Part shown: one piece after another, positions 11,302 to 22,305 of the stretch
How positions within the stretch are numbered: position 1 is the stretch's first letter
Layout of the letters: each line of letters starts with the position of its first letter
Source: Octopus sinensis
Taxonomy: Eukaryota
Direction of reading: 5' to 3'
Assembly: GCF_006345805.1 (NCBI RefSeq)
Contig: NC_043007.1
Location: forward strand, 68,138,001 to 68,202,000
Length of the DNA: 64,000 bases
Translations under genes and position numbers: made by a program
Notes under the pieces: generated by a model
The model's input: the letters and a program-made list of their open reading frames with translations, nothing else
What the model was told of the DNA's origin: nothing
Databases searched by the model: none

Positions 11302-11774
11302 ACTCGATAACAGGTATTTAAATTTGTCTATCTATGACTTTCGTGCTACTTTCTTTTGTCATTTAATTTTTCTATTGAAATTTACTCTGCTTTCATTTAA
11401 CTTTTAATGTCTACCTTTTTTTTTCTTTTATAATATTACTAGCGAGGAAATTTCAATGTTATTATCATAATCCACATTATTTTAATATCTCTTTTGCATG
11501 TCTTTTAATTGCTTTTAATTACCTACCCTATTACAAATAAAACACTAAATATATTCGTGTTATTTCAAGGGAAATGCACTTTCTCTCTGCATTTCCCATA
11601 AGTATATTTAGAATTATATAATTTTACTCTGATACTCATAACCCATAATACTTTTATTACGTGATTTCTTTCTCTAAGAAGGCTTCAGGTAATTGACAAT
11701 TTCTCCCAGTCCTTTATGCATATGGTCTATATTATAAGAAAATAAAGTTATTAAAAAAAAATTCTAAAATGACA

Positions 11775-11868
11775 TGCCCCAGGTGAGGATCGAACTCACG
11801 ACCTTCAGATTCCTCAACCTATTTTGTTTGATTATGAGCAGACGCGCTGCCTACTGCGCTACCGAGGC
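11775..11868 (-). tRNA. tRNA-Met(CAT) with anticodon-stem lesion, probably non-functional; 22-nt intron
   Basis: GTCTGCTCATA replaces GTCAGTCTCATA (1-nt loss plus substitution); otherwise identical; intron atcaaacaaaataggttgagga. Confidence 0.8.
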
Positions 11869-12503
11869 AATTGGTAACCTGCTTTTAAATATGTCTGCAT
11901 ATGACTTTCAGGCTACTTTGTTTTTACTTTCTCTATCGAAATTTACCCTTCTGTCATTTAACTTTTAATGTCTACCATTTTTTCTTAAAGAAGAATTATG
12001 GAGATGCGATTCGATTTCTGTCATTAAATACAACCTGAGATTTAACTTATACAGTTATTGCTGTAGTAATTTCTTGTATTATATATGTTAATACACAAGT
12101 AACTGAAACACGAAATAAAAAAAATCATATAAAATCATTTAGAGTATCAGTAAACTGTTAAACCTCAGAATACGCTTATAGTGAAGAAAGTTTATCTCCC
12201 TTGCACTGAAATGCCGCAAATATATTTAGCAGGTTACTTGTAATAAGGGTAGATAACAACTGAATAGCTATAGAAATAGGTAATTGAAAGCAATTAAAAA
12301 ACGTGCAAGGAAATATTGAAATAATGTGTGTTATGATAATGACGGTAATTTCCTTGCAAGTAATATAAAAGAAAAAATGGTAGACATTAAAAGTTAAATG
12401 ACAGTTAATTTACAGAAGGGTAAATTTCAATAGAGAAATTAAATGACAAATCAAAGTAGCCTGAAAGTCATATGCAGACATATTTAAAAGCAGATTACCG
12501 ATT

Positions 12504-12598
12504 GCCTCGGTAGCGCAGTAGGCAGCGCGTCAGTCTCATAATCAAACAAAATAGGTTGAGGAATCTGAAGGTCGTGAGTTCGATCCTCACCTGGGGCA
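12504..12598 (+). tRNA. trnM-CAT: Elongator tRNA-Met(CAT), 22-nt intron (12541-12562)
   Basis: Exons identical to consensus; intron atcaaacaaaataggttgagga; T4/T8 downstream. Confidence 0.95.
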
Positions 12599-13065
12599 TG
12601 TCATTTTAGAATTTTTTTTGATAACTTTATTTTCTTGTAATATAGACCATATGCATAAAGGACTGGGAGAAATTTGTAATTACCTGAAGCCTTCTTGAAA
12701 TCACGTAATAAAAGTATTATGGGTTATGAGTATCAGAGTAAAATTATATAATTCTGAATATACTTATGGGGAATGCAGAGAGAAAGTGCATTTCCCTTGA
12801 AATAATACGAATATATTTAGTGTTTTATCTGTAATAGGGTAGGTAATTAAAAGCAATTAAAAGACATGCAAAAGAGATATTAAAATAATGTGGATTATGA
12901 TAATAACATTGTAATTTCCTCGCTAGTAAAATTATAAAAGAAAGAAAAAAAGGTAGACATTAAGAGTTAAATGACAGCAGAGTAAATTGCAATAGAGAAA
13001 TTAAATGACAAAAGAAAGTAATACGAAAGTCATAGATAGACAAATTTAAATGCTTGTTATCGAGT

Positions 13066-13159
13066 GCCTCGGTAGCGCAGTAGGCAGCGCGTCAGTCTCA
13101 TAATCAATTAATTATACAGAGGAATCTGAAGGTCGTGAGTTCGATCCTCACCTGGGGCA
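13066..13159 (+). tRNA. trnM-CAT: Elongator tRNA-Met(CAT), 21-nt intron (13103-13123)
   Basis: Exons identical to consensus; intron atcaattaattatacagagga; T4 runs downstream. Confidence 0.95.
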
Positions 13160-13281
13160 CATATTATTTTATTTTGATTAACTTTATTTTCTTATGCCAT
13201 TGAGAGTTCGTTTTATAAATAGAGGTGGAGACTATATAGATTAAATAAGAAGGTAACTAGTTAGAATGTCGTCGTATATAT

Positions 13282-13568
13282 TGTTTGTTCCTTCTCGAGA
13301 CTTGCTTGGCTCATAAAGGCCGGTTTTCCTTGGGTTATAGGTTCCCCACTTGGACGGGACGTCGGTCCGTCGCAGGTGAGCTGCAAGATGCAGGAGGAAA
13401 GAGTAAGAGAATGTTGTGGCGAAAGAGTCAGCAGAAGCTCGCCATTACCTTCTGCCGGAGTCGCGTGGTGCTTAGGTGTTTCGCTAATAAGCACACACAT
13501 CGCCGGATATGAGATGCGAACCCTCGACCGCGAGTCCGCTTCTCTAACCATTAGGCAATGGGCCTCCA
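13282..13568 (-). mobile_element. SINE family C, full length
   Basis: tRNA-like head ggaggcccattgcctaatggttagagaagcggactc; body gacgtcccgtcca...ggaaaaccggcc..atgagcc shared with 41791-42276. Confidence 0.7.
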
Positions 13569-13600
13569 CACACACACACAAACACACACACACACACACA

Positions 13601-13648
<48 letters not shown>

Positions 13649-14145
13649 CAGTTAAAGAGAATTAAGGGTACGCAACTCGATTTTCGTTAAGTACCGTCCT
13701 TCATTTAACTTATACAATTATAATATTTTTATTATTGCTGTGGTCTGGCTGGAACTATGCATACAGAAAACGTTGTGGTAATTTCTTGTATTAAAGATGT
13801 TTATATATAATTAATTGATAGACAAAATAAGAAATCGCGCAATAAAAGTATTATAGGTTATGAGTTTGAGAGTAAATTTATATAATGCTGAATATAGGAA
13901 TAAAGTTTATCTCCCTTGAAATGACACTACTATACTTAGTGTTTTATTTGTAATAGGGTAGATAAAACTGGGTAAGTAATTAAAAGTAATTAAAAGACAT
14001 GCAAAGGAGATATTAAAAGAATGTGGATTATGATAACAACATTGTAATTTCCTCGCTAGTAATATTATAAAAGAAAAACAAAAGTTAAACATTAAAAGTA
14101 GTATGAAAGTCATAGATAGACAAATTCAAAAACTTGCTACCAAGT

Positions 14146-14240
14146 GCCTCGGTAGCGCAGTAGGCAGCGCGTCAGTCTCATAATCAAGTAAAGTCTTTAG
14201 AGGAATCTGAAGGTCGTGAGTTCGATCCTCACCTGGGGCA
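14146..14240 (+). tRNA. trnM-CAT: Elongator tRNA-Met(CAT), 22-nt intron (14183-14204)
   Basis: Exons identical to consensus; intron atcaagtaaagtctttagagga; T6 at 14243-14248. Confidence 0.95.
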
Positions 14241-14631
14241 TATTTTTTATTTAGAATAACTTTATTTTCTTATGCCATAGGGAGTTCGTTTTATAGAGGT
14301 GGAGATAATTAATAGAAATTCTCCGATCGGTAGAAATTGTCATTTGCCTGTAGACTTCTTAGAGAAGGTCGGTTACAAAGTATTCTTTGGCTCTGTGTAT
14401 GTGTGTGTGTGATTATGTTTGTGCTACCACAGGCTTGATGACCGGCGCTCATTTGTCTAAGTCTTTTGTAACGTAGTTGTTTGGCACAAGAACCGACAAA
14501 ATAAGTATCAAGCTTAAAAGTCGGTGCTCCCTCAAGGCTGCGGTCCGAACACTATATAAATTAAATGAGAAGGTAATTAGTTTGAGTGTCATCGTACATA
14601 TATAGAGAAATGTAACTAACGGTTTTCCTTT

Positions 14632-14726
14632 GCCTCGGTAGCGCAGTAGGCAGCGCGTCAGTCTCATAATCAAGCAGCTTATGTTGAGATATCTGAAGGT
14701 CGTGAGTTCGATCCTCACCTGGGGCA
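14632..14726 (+). tRNA. trnM-CAT: Elongator tRNA-Met(CAT), 22-nt intron (14669-14690)
   Basis: Exons identical to consensus; intron atcaagcagcttatgttgagat; T4/T8 downstream. Confidence 0.95.
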
Positions 14727-15860
14727 CATCTTTTAAATTTTTTTTGCTCAAATATCTTCATCTTTTTGAGATCGCACAGAGTTATATACAGTATCGGTGA
14801 TATTTAATAAGAAATATCCCGACCATTTATATAAACTACTAGAAGAAATAATGAAGTCCCTCTAAACTTATGGGAGGACTGTTACAAGATACTTTCTAGT
14901 ATATACGAGGCGGTGCTGAAAAGTTCATGCGTGGCTGTGTGGTAAGAAGCCTGCTTCCCAACCACATGGTTCAGTCCCATTGCGTGACACCTTGGGCAAG
15001 TATCGTCTCTGGCCGACTAAAGCCTTGTGAGTGGATTTGTTAGATGTAAACTGAAAGAAGTACATCGTGTATATATGTATGTATATATATATATATATAT
15101 TATATATATATATATTATATATATATATTACATACAAAATTTAGGGGACTGACCACTAAAAAAAAAAGTCCTCTAAATTTTGTATGTAAAAAAAAATTCA
15201 ATGTTCGGATTTCTTTAAATTATGCTAGGTCACTAGTTTTAATTGATTAGTATCAATTTCTACCCTTATTTAATTATATATGTATGTTTGTATGTTTGTG
15301 TGTCTGTGTTTGTCTCATCCACCATCGCTTGACAGCCGATGTTAGTGTGCTTACTTCCCCGTAACAAAGCGGTTCGGCAAACGACACCGATAGTATGAGT
15401 ACTAGGCTTAGAAAGATTAAGTCCTGGGATCAATTTTTTCCTACCAAAGTTGGTGCTCCAGCATGGCCGCAGTCAAATGACTGAAACATATAAAAGAATG
15501 AAATAATATAATTAATCGAAAGGCGAAATAAGAAAATACTTATGAATGTAGGAAGAACGTTTATTTTCATTGCACTGAAATGACTCAACTATATTTAGTG
15601 TTTACTTTTAACAGGGTAGATGACAATTGAATAGCTATAGAAATAGGTAATTAAAAGTAATTAAAAGACATGCAAAGGAAGCATTGAAATGAAATCTATC
15701 ATGGTAACCACATAGTAATTTTCTCGTAAGAAATGCTATATATGAAAAAGAAGTAGGCATCACAAGTAGAGTAAATTCTAATATACAAACTAAATGACGG
15801 AGTAATTAATCTGAAAGTAATAGTACTTATATAGACAAATTTAAGCGCTGCCTTCCAATT

Positions 15861-15935
15861 ACCTTGGTAGCGTAGTAGGCAGTACTTCAGTTGCGATGAA
15901 ACTAAATGTCATGAGTTCGACCCTCACCTGGGGCA
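15861..15935 (+). pseudogene. tRNA-Met pseudogene with anticodon/intron region deleted or rewritten (75 nt)
   Basis: accttggtagcgtagtaggcagtacttcag-ttgcgatgaaac-taaatgtcatgagttcgaccctcacctggggca; same upstream and downstream flanks as the cluster unit; CpG transitions. Confidence 0.8.
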
Positions 15936-16673
15936 CACCACTTAAACTTTTTCTTTTTCTTCGTCTTCTGACACCGCACAGAGTTACGTATGGTTGCAGG
16001 GTAGTGGTGATTGTGGTGGTTATGGTATTTATCAGAAATACCACCACCATTTATATGAACTACTAGAAGAAATAGTCAAGTCCCTATAGAATCCTCGCAG
16101 GAGGTCGGGCACAAGATACTCTCATATCTCTTATATAAAATCCGTTCTGTCTGTCTGTCTGTGTGTATGTCTTCTCGGATCTCGGGCATCCTTCAACCGA
16201 TTGCGCTCAAATTTGATATATAGATACCGACGGTATCAGGGCGTCTATAAGTCTTGAAAAAATTACGAAAATCGATTCCAGGTGAGAATAAAGCGATCGA
16301 TAAAGCCGTTTTTGTCCTGCTTTTCTTCTGTCAACCTGTACATAACTGCACCTTCTATTTTTTGTTATTTTTGTACTGCTTAAAAGCACGTTTCTTTCCT
16401 GCCAAGCTTACTGTTTGAACAATGTTTGTGTTCTCCCAGTCAACAGCCTTATCATTACTGGTACTTTAAACTCTTCGGTTGCATATTTGTGTGAATAAAA
16501 TCGTTTTTCTTTGGAATAGAAAAAAAGTCTATCTTTATTTTTTCTTTTGCTGGTGTTTCAAATCTAGGTTAAATCAGTGTTTCTCAAAGGGGAGGCCTAT
16601 GGGACGGTGGGACATGTTGGTTTGAGAAAATTTGGTTTAAATGTTTGACAACTCATCACCGTCCATTCGCTCG

Positions 16674-16799
<126 letters not shown>

Positions 16800-17700
16800 G
16801 TATATATGGCCTGGTGAGTAGCTAGCGGAGTACACCTCGTTTGAGCAATTACTACTTGAGAGGTTCTGCTAGCTAGGAAACACATGTAGTCTGTATTTTA
16901 TCTACTCCATTTCCTAACTTTGGATTTTTATATTCGCATACACAGTAATCCTAGTTGCTAACCTTGAACTATAAAATAACTTTGTTTTCAGCTTATCAAA
17001 CTTCGATATGGGAAAAATTCACGACCTTCTACGTCAATAAACGAGTAGAAAGTTGTCTTTTATACCATCTACGGACTGCTCGAAGCTTACTAACTTCCTA
17101 ACATCTTAATCCTTGGCTCTTACCTTCACACACTTGGATTTTACCTTTGTACCCAAACAACTGTTTGACGACCGGCGTTGATTTGTTTAAGCTCTCAACA
17201 TAGCGGTTCGACAAACGAAACAATAGAATAAGTGCTAGACTTAAAAAATTAAATATTAGGGTCCATTTAAAATAATAATAATAATAATGAAATTATTGTA
17301 TACAGTGCTCAGGTCACCACAACTTGTCAAACAGTGCGTATAAAATATATGCAGTAATGTACAAATGTCTGGAAAGCGAACAGTGTATGAGTCAGATACA
17401 TGCTTGCGTGTGTATGGAGGGGAGAAAATCAGGTGTAGTGTTGGCGAATCTCAGGAAGCATGGAAGTTTTGAAGGATGCAGTGCTCAAGGCGGTGCTCCA
17501 GCAAGGATGCAGTCCGATGACTGAAAAAACTCTAACGGAACTAAGAGACGCTCCTCAGTTTCTGTTATTATGTAGCAACCGAGATTTAACTTATATAGTT
17601 AGAATATATTTATTTTTGTAATGCCTTATGGTATTTAATTGTATTAAAGATGTAAATATGTAATCAATTAAACAACGAAATAAGAAACCGTAAATAATCT

Positions 17701-18290
17701 TTTCTACTCTAGGCACAAGGCTCGAAATTTTTTTGTGGGGAGGAGGCCAGTCGATTAGATCAACCTCAGTACGCAACTGGTACTTAATTTTTCGAACCCC
17801 GGAAGGATGAAAGGTAAAGTCGACCCAGCGGAATTTGAAATCAGAACGTAAAGACAGGCGAAATACCTATTTCTTATTTCTTTACTGCCCACAAGGAGCT
17901 ACACACAGAGGGGTCAAACAAGGACAGAAAAACAAATTAAGTCAATTATATGGACCATAGTGCGTAACTGGTACTTATTTAATCGACCCCGGAAGGTTGA
18001 AAGGCAAAGTTGACCTCGGCGGAATTTGAAATCAGAACGTAAAGACAGACGAAATAACTATTTCTTTGCTGCTCACAAGGGGCTAAACACAGAGGGGACA
18101 AACAAGGACAGACAAACGGATTGAGTCGATTATATCGACCCCAGTGTGTAACTGGTACTTAATTTATCGACCCTGAAAGGATGAAAGGCAAAGTTGACCT
18201 CGGCGGAATTTGAATTCAGAATGTCGCGGCAGACGAAATACTGCTAAGCATTTCGCCCGGCATGCTACCGTTTCTGCCAGCTCGCCGCCT
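17701..18290 (-). mobile_element. Multimeric family A SINE (three tandem body modules)
   Basis: Module ggcaaagtYgacctcggcggaatttgaa..cagaa recurs at ~17830, ~18020 and ~18205, with one head and one tail. Confidence 0.75.
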
Positions 18291-18566
18291 TAAGTAACCA
18301 TGTAATAAAAGCATTATCGGGAATAAAAGCAAAATTATATATTTCATATGCTCATCCAGGAAGAAAATTTATCTCCCTTGCACTGTAATGACAAAGTCGG
18401 TATTGAACTAAAACTTATCGAGTTAATTACATAAGTTCATCACGTGCAATGTTTCATAGACCTCAAGTTACTACAAAGCTTCTTAACCTCCAGCTGTTGA
18501 AACTTTGGCATTCTTCTGGGTCAATGGTCGAGAGTGTGCATTTTGTTTTTGGAGTATTTATAGATA

Positions 18567-18850
18567 TCTTTATATATAAAAGTGAAGTTGTGTGAGTGTC
18601 TGTCTCCTACGATTTAGATTCCTAACTACTCCCACATTTTGCGGTGCAGTGTAACCAAAAGCGGGTATCTTATAGTCGTGATTCATATCGAGCCCTTCTG
18701 GGTATTAGCGCGTGTCTATGATGAGTCTATGATTTAAAAAAAAATTACCATCGTTTTTTCCCATTTTTAATGCATTTTTTGGCTATTATATAAAATGCTT
18801 ATACAGTTATTTCCCTTACAAGCCCGAGCAACGCCGGGCGATATTGCTAG
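18567..18850 (+). mobile_element. Complete non-autonomous Helitron (284 bp)
   Basis: A|TC 5' end, GCCCG-AGCAACGC-CGGGC hairpin at 18822-18839, 3' CTAG|T, no TSD. Confidence 0.75.
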
Positions 18851-19174
18851 TAGAAACTAAATAAGAAAGCAAGTCTGATTTAGGTTTGGAAAGTAAGTTT
18901 TGTTTTCTAGATGTAGATGTGACTGTGGTTATGAAGTTTGATTCCCAACTACCTGGATTCGGGTTCAGTTTCATTGTATGACCCTTTGGACAAGTGTCTT
19001 TTATGGCCTCGGGTCGACAAATGCCTTGTGAGAGGCTGAAACTATGTAAAAACTCTCCTCTCCTCCTCTCTCTCCCCTCTCTGTCCTCTCTCTCTCTCTC
19101 ACCCTATACATGTATATGTATGTATATGTGTATGCGTGCATGTGTGTGTGTATGTAGGTATGTTTGTGCGTGCG

Positions 19175-19210
<36 letters not shown>

Positions 19211-19567
19211 TCTGCGTGCTTGTTCTTGTTTTGTCTCCTCAACCACTTGACAACCAGTGTAAAGTTGTTGATATCTCGACTATGCTCAAGGTTATTTCCC
19301 TTGCATTATAATAACAGAAAAATATTTGCAATTAATGTAGAATAAGAATCAAATAGCTATAGAAATAGTTAATTAAAAGCAATTAAAGATATACAAAAGA
19401 GTAATTGGAATATATCGTGATAATTACTTGATCATTTTCTCACTGGTAATGCTATATATGGGAGAGGTAGTTATTTTAAATTAACAGTAAATTAAATTAA
19501 ATCGATGAATTAAATGAGAAGTTAGTCGGAAAGTAAAAGTATTTATGTAGTCAAGTTTAGGAGGACT

Positions 19568-19740
19568 TCACAGGCAGCGCAGTAGGTAGCTCCTCGAGGT
19601 CAAGCGACATAGTATCAGTTAGGCACTGAGGTCGATGTAATCGACTTGATACCTATGTTTGTCCCCTCTGTGTTTAGCCCCTTGTGGGTAATAAAGAAAT
19701 AGGTATCTGAAGGTCGTGATTTCGGTACTCAGCTAGAGTA
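19568..19740 (+). pseudogene. tRNA-Met relic with a SINE fragment at the intron position
   Basis: 5' half tcacaggcagcgcagtaggtagc; SINE A fragment ~19612-19704; exon 2 atctgaaggtcgtgatttcgg starts at 19705; cluster-type upstream flank at 19300-19560. Confidence 0.7.
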
Positions 19741-19796
19741 CATTAGGAAGTAGGTCAGAGATAGCTAGCTGGCTAGATAGATAGATAGACAAAGTC

Positions 19797-20030
19797 GTCA
19801 TTGCAGGTAAAGCAATTTCATATGCAACATCAACAAAATTTCTTGGCATTCATAATGATGAGTCCCTCAGTTTCAAAACACATTTTAGCAATTTATTAAA
19901 ATAAAATTCCCGTACTCTTAGTATGTTAAATAGAATTTTTTACCTTCTTTCCAAAAATGTTAGAATCACTCTTTATTATTCTTTAATATACTCAAAATTC
20001 TCTTACTGTGTTGCGGCCTGGGGAAACTGC
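19797..20030 (+). mobile_element. CR1/L2-group LINE ORF2 fragment (post-RT region)
   Basis: TKFLGIHNDESLSFKTHF...*...MLNRIFYLLSKNVRITLYYSLIYSKFSYCVAAWGN matches the KFLG..D..L.W..H / LY.SL..S...YC...WG pattern. Confidence 0.65.
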
Positions 20031-20150
20031 AGAGTTCGCTTACTCAGCAATGCCATTTATAAATCATGCAAGACTCTCAAATTAAATAATCCTCAATCAA
20101 AATTATTTTCGCTATATATATATATTGCCGAACCGCTATATAAAATATAA

Positions 20151-21009
20151 GACAACGGGAAATCTGTTCAATCACAAAAGACACTGTGCCAAAGCGAAAG
20201 TTCTGCCTGCATTCTTACCTCATTGAGCTCCTATTTGCAGATGATTGTGACCTGTTGGCACATTCTTAGAAAGATGTTCAGTACATGCTGAATGCAATTT
20301 CTGCACCATGTGCAACATTGGGTCTAACGATCAATCTGAAAAAAGAAACAGTTATAATGTACTAGCCTGGTCCCTCCAAGATAGATGTGGAACCTTTTAT
20401 AACTGTGAATGGTCACAGGTTGGAGATTGTGCCTAGCTTTATTTATTTAGGAAGTACCTTGAGCACTGCTGGTTTTGATGAAATTTCATTTAGAATCGGC
20501 AGAGTTAGTAGTGCTTTTATTTGGCTTGATAGGCGTCTGTGGACACGACATAATATATCTTCACAAATTAAAGTTAAGATATATAACAAGTGCGTCCTGT
20601 CATCTTTGCTATATGCGAGTGAGGAATGGGTTATTTACCGTAGTCATATAAAGCAACTGGAACCATCAATACTGTCTGAGAAAATTTTTGGAGATAAACT
20701 GGAAAATGGCCATTAGTAATGTGGAAGTGCTTGAGAGGAGTGGCATTAGAAGTATAGAGTTAATGATTCTGCAAAGACGTTTGAGGTGGTAGGACACACC
20801 TGGTAAGGATGAGTGATGTGAGACTGCCCAAACAGCTATTGTATGGTGAGCTGGAAGACGGCAGGAGACCAGCGCCTAAGCCTAAACTGAGGTTTACGGA
20901 TTGCCTTAAAAATAATCCAATACAGACAGAATTTGCAGTTGGTGATTGGGAGAGGGAGGCACAACACCAGGATGGATGGAGGAAGACAGTGCAAAGTGGT
21001 TGTTTGGAG

Positions 21010-21080
<71 letters not shown>

Positions 21081-21240
21081 GAGAGTGAAGTATGAGAGAA
21101 TTAGGAGGGAGCTTAGAAAGAGGGAACCTGTGGAGATTAACGGAGTGTTGCTTTTTGTGTGTGTGGTTTGTGGGAGGAGGTGTTTGAGTCGTGCAGGCCT
21201 GGCCAGCCATAAAAATCTCACAGGAATCGACCCATAATAA
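20151..21240 (+). mobile_element. RTE-clade LINE, 3' part of ORF2 (degenerate)
   Basis: ELLFADDCDLLAHS (RT), GLTINLKK, FIYLGSTLS, KVKIYNKCVLSSLLYASEEW, RLPKQLLYGEL, C-terminal CVVCGRRCLSRAGLASH; stops and frameshifts. Confidence 0.9.
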
Positions 21241-21614
21241 ACAGTGATGTGGCTATTTCAATTCACAACAGAACATGTGTTAAATAAGGAAGGGTGTGCC
21301 TCTCAGTTGGAAGTCTAAAAAGACATGTTAAGAGAGTGCATATGGTGGCACCTGTTTCTCCTGCCAGCCAGCAAAGCTGTGCAGTATGTAATAAAATGTG
21401 TAAAACTTTGGCTGGGCTCAAAGGTGATATAAGGGCATCAAATGGCATCAATAATGAACCATTTCAGTAAATCTTTTTGGCAGTGGCTTTTCTCTAGTAA
21501 CAAGGGTGCAGCTCTAATGTATATATATAATATATATATATATATACGCACACATACATATATACACGTGTGTATACATATATGTCTCTATGTGTACATA
21601 TATGTATGCATATA

Positions 21615-21796
<182 letters not shown>

Positions 21797-21873
21797 AATA
21801 TTTAGCAGAAGCAACAGAGTAGCTCAAGGTACGTGAATTTCGAGCGTTGTCACTTATCAAACTACACACACAC

Positions 21874-21904
<31 letters not shown>

Positions 21905-22259
21905 TGTATGTATGTATGTATGTATGTATGTATGTATGTATATTTATATACGTGTGTTTGTGTGTATATACACACTCGTACATTATGTGGGCGATATTTT
22001 CAACCAAGATGTTACAGTCGTATCCGATCTTTCAAGTATTTCAATCGTGTGTATGGACATATATTTACCAGGTTACTAACATTTATTAATGATGTTTGCC
22101 ATTGTGTTGATGTTCCATCTCCTCTCATTAATGAAACTGTCGGCATTGTTGACGGCATGGGTATACCAGTATATATTTATATAAAAAGCTAAAACGATGC
22201 GAGGTGCATTGTGGCCAGATGTATAACATTTGATAGTTTGATTAGGTATCTACTCACGT

Positions 22260-22305
<46 letters not shown>

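Larger units (their letters stand above)
10805..13765. repeat. Large inverted repeat (~1.2-1.4 kb arms, ~380-bp spacer) carrying four tRNA-Met genes
   Basis: atgcatagttccagccagaccacagc at 10805 is reverse-complemented at ~13740-13765; genes 11208/11775 (-) mirror 13066/12504 (+) with matching flanks and introns. Confidence 0.9.
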
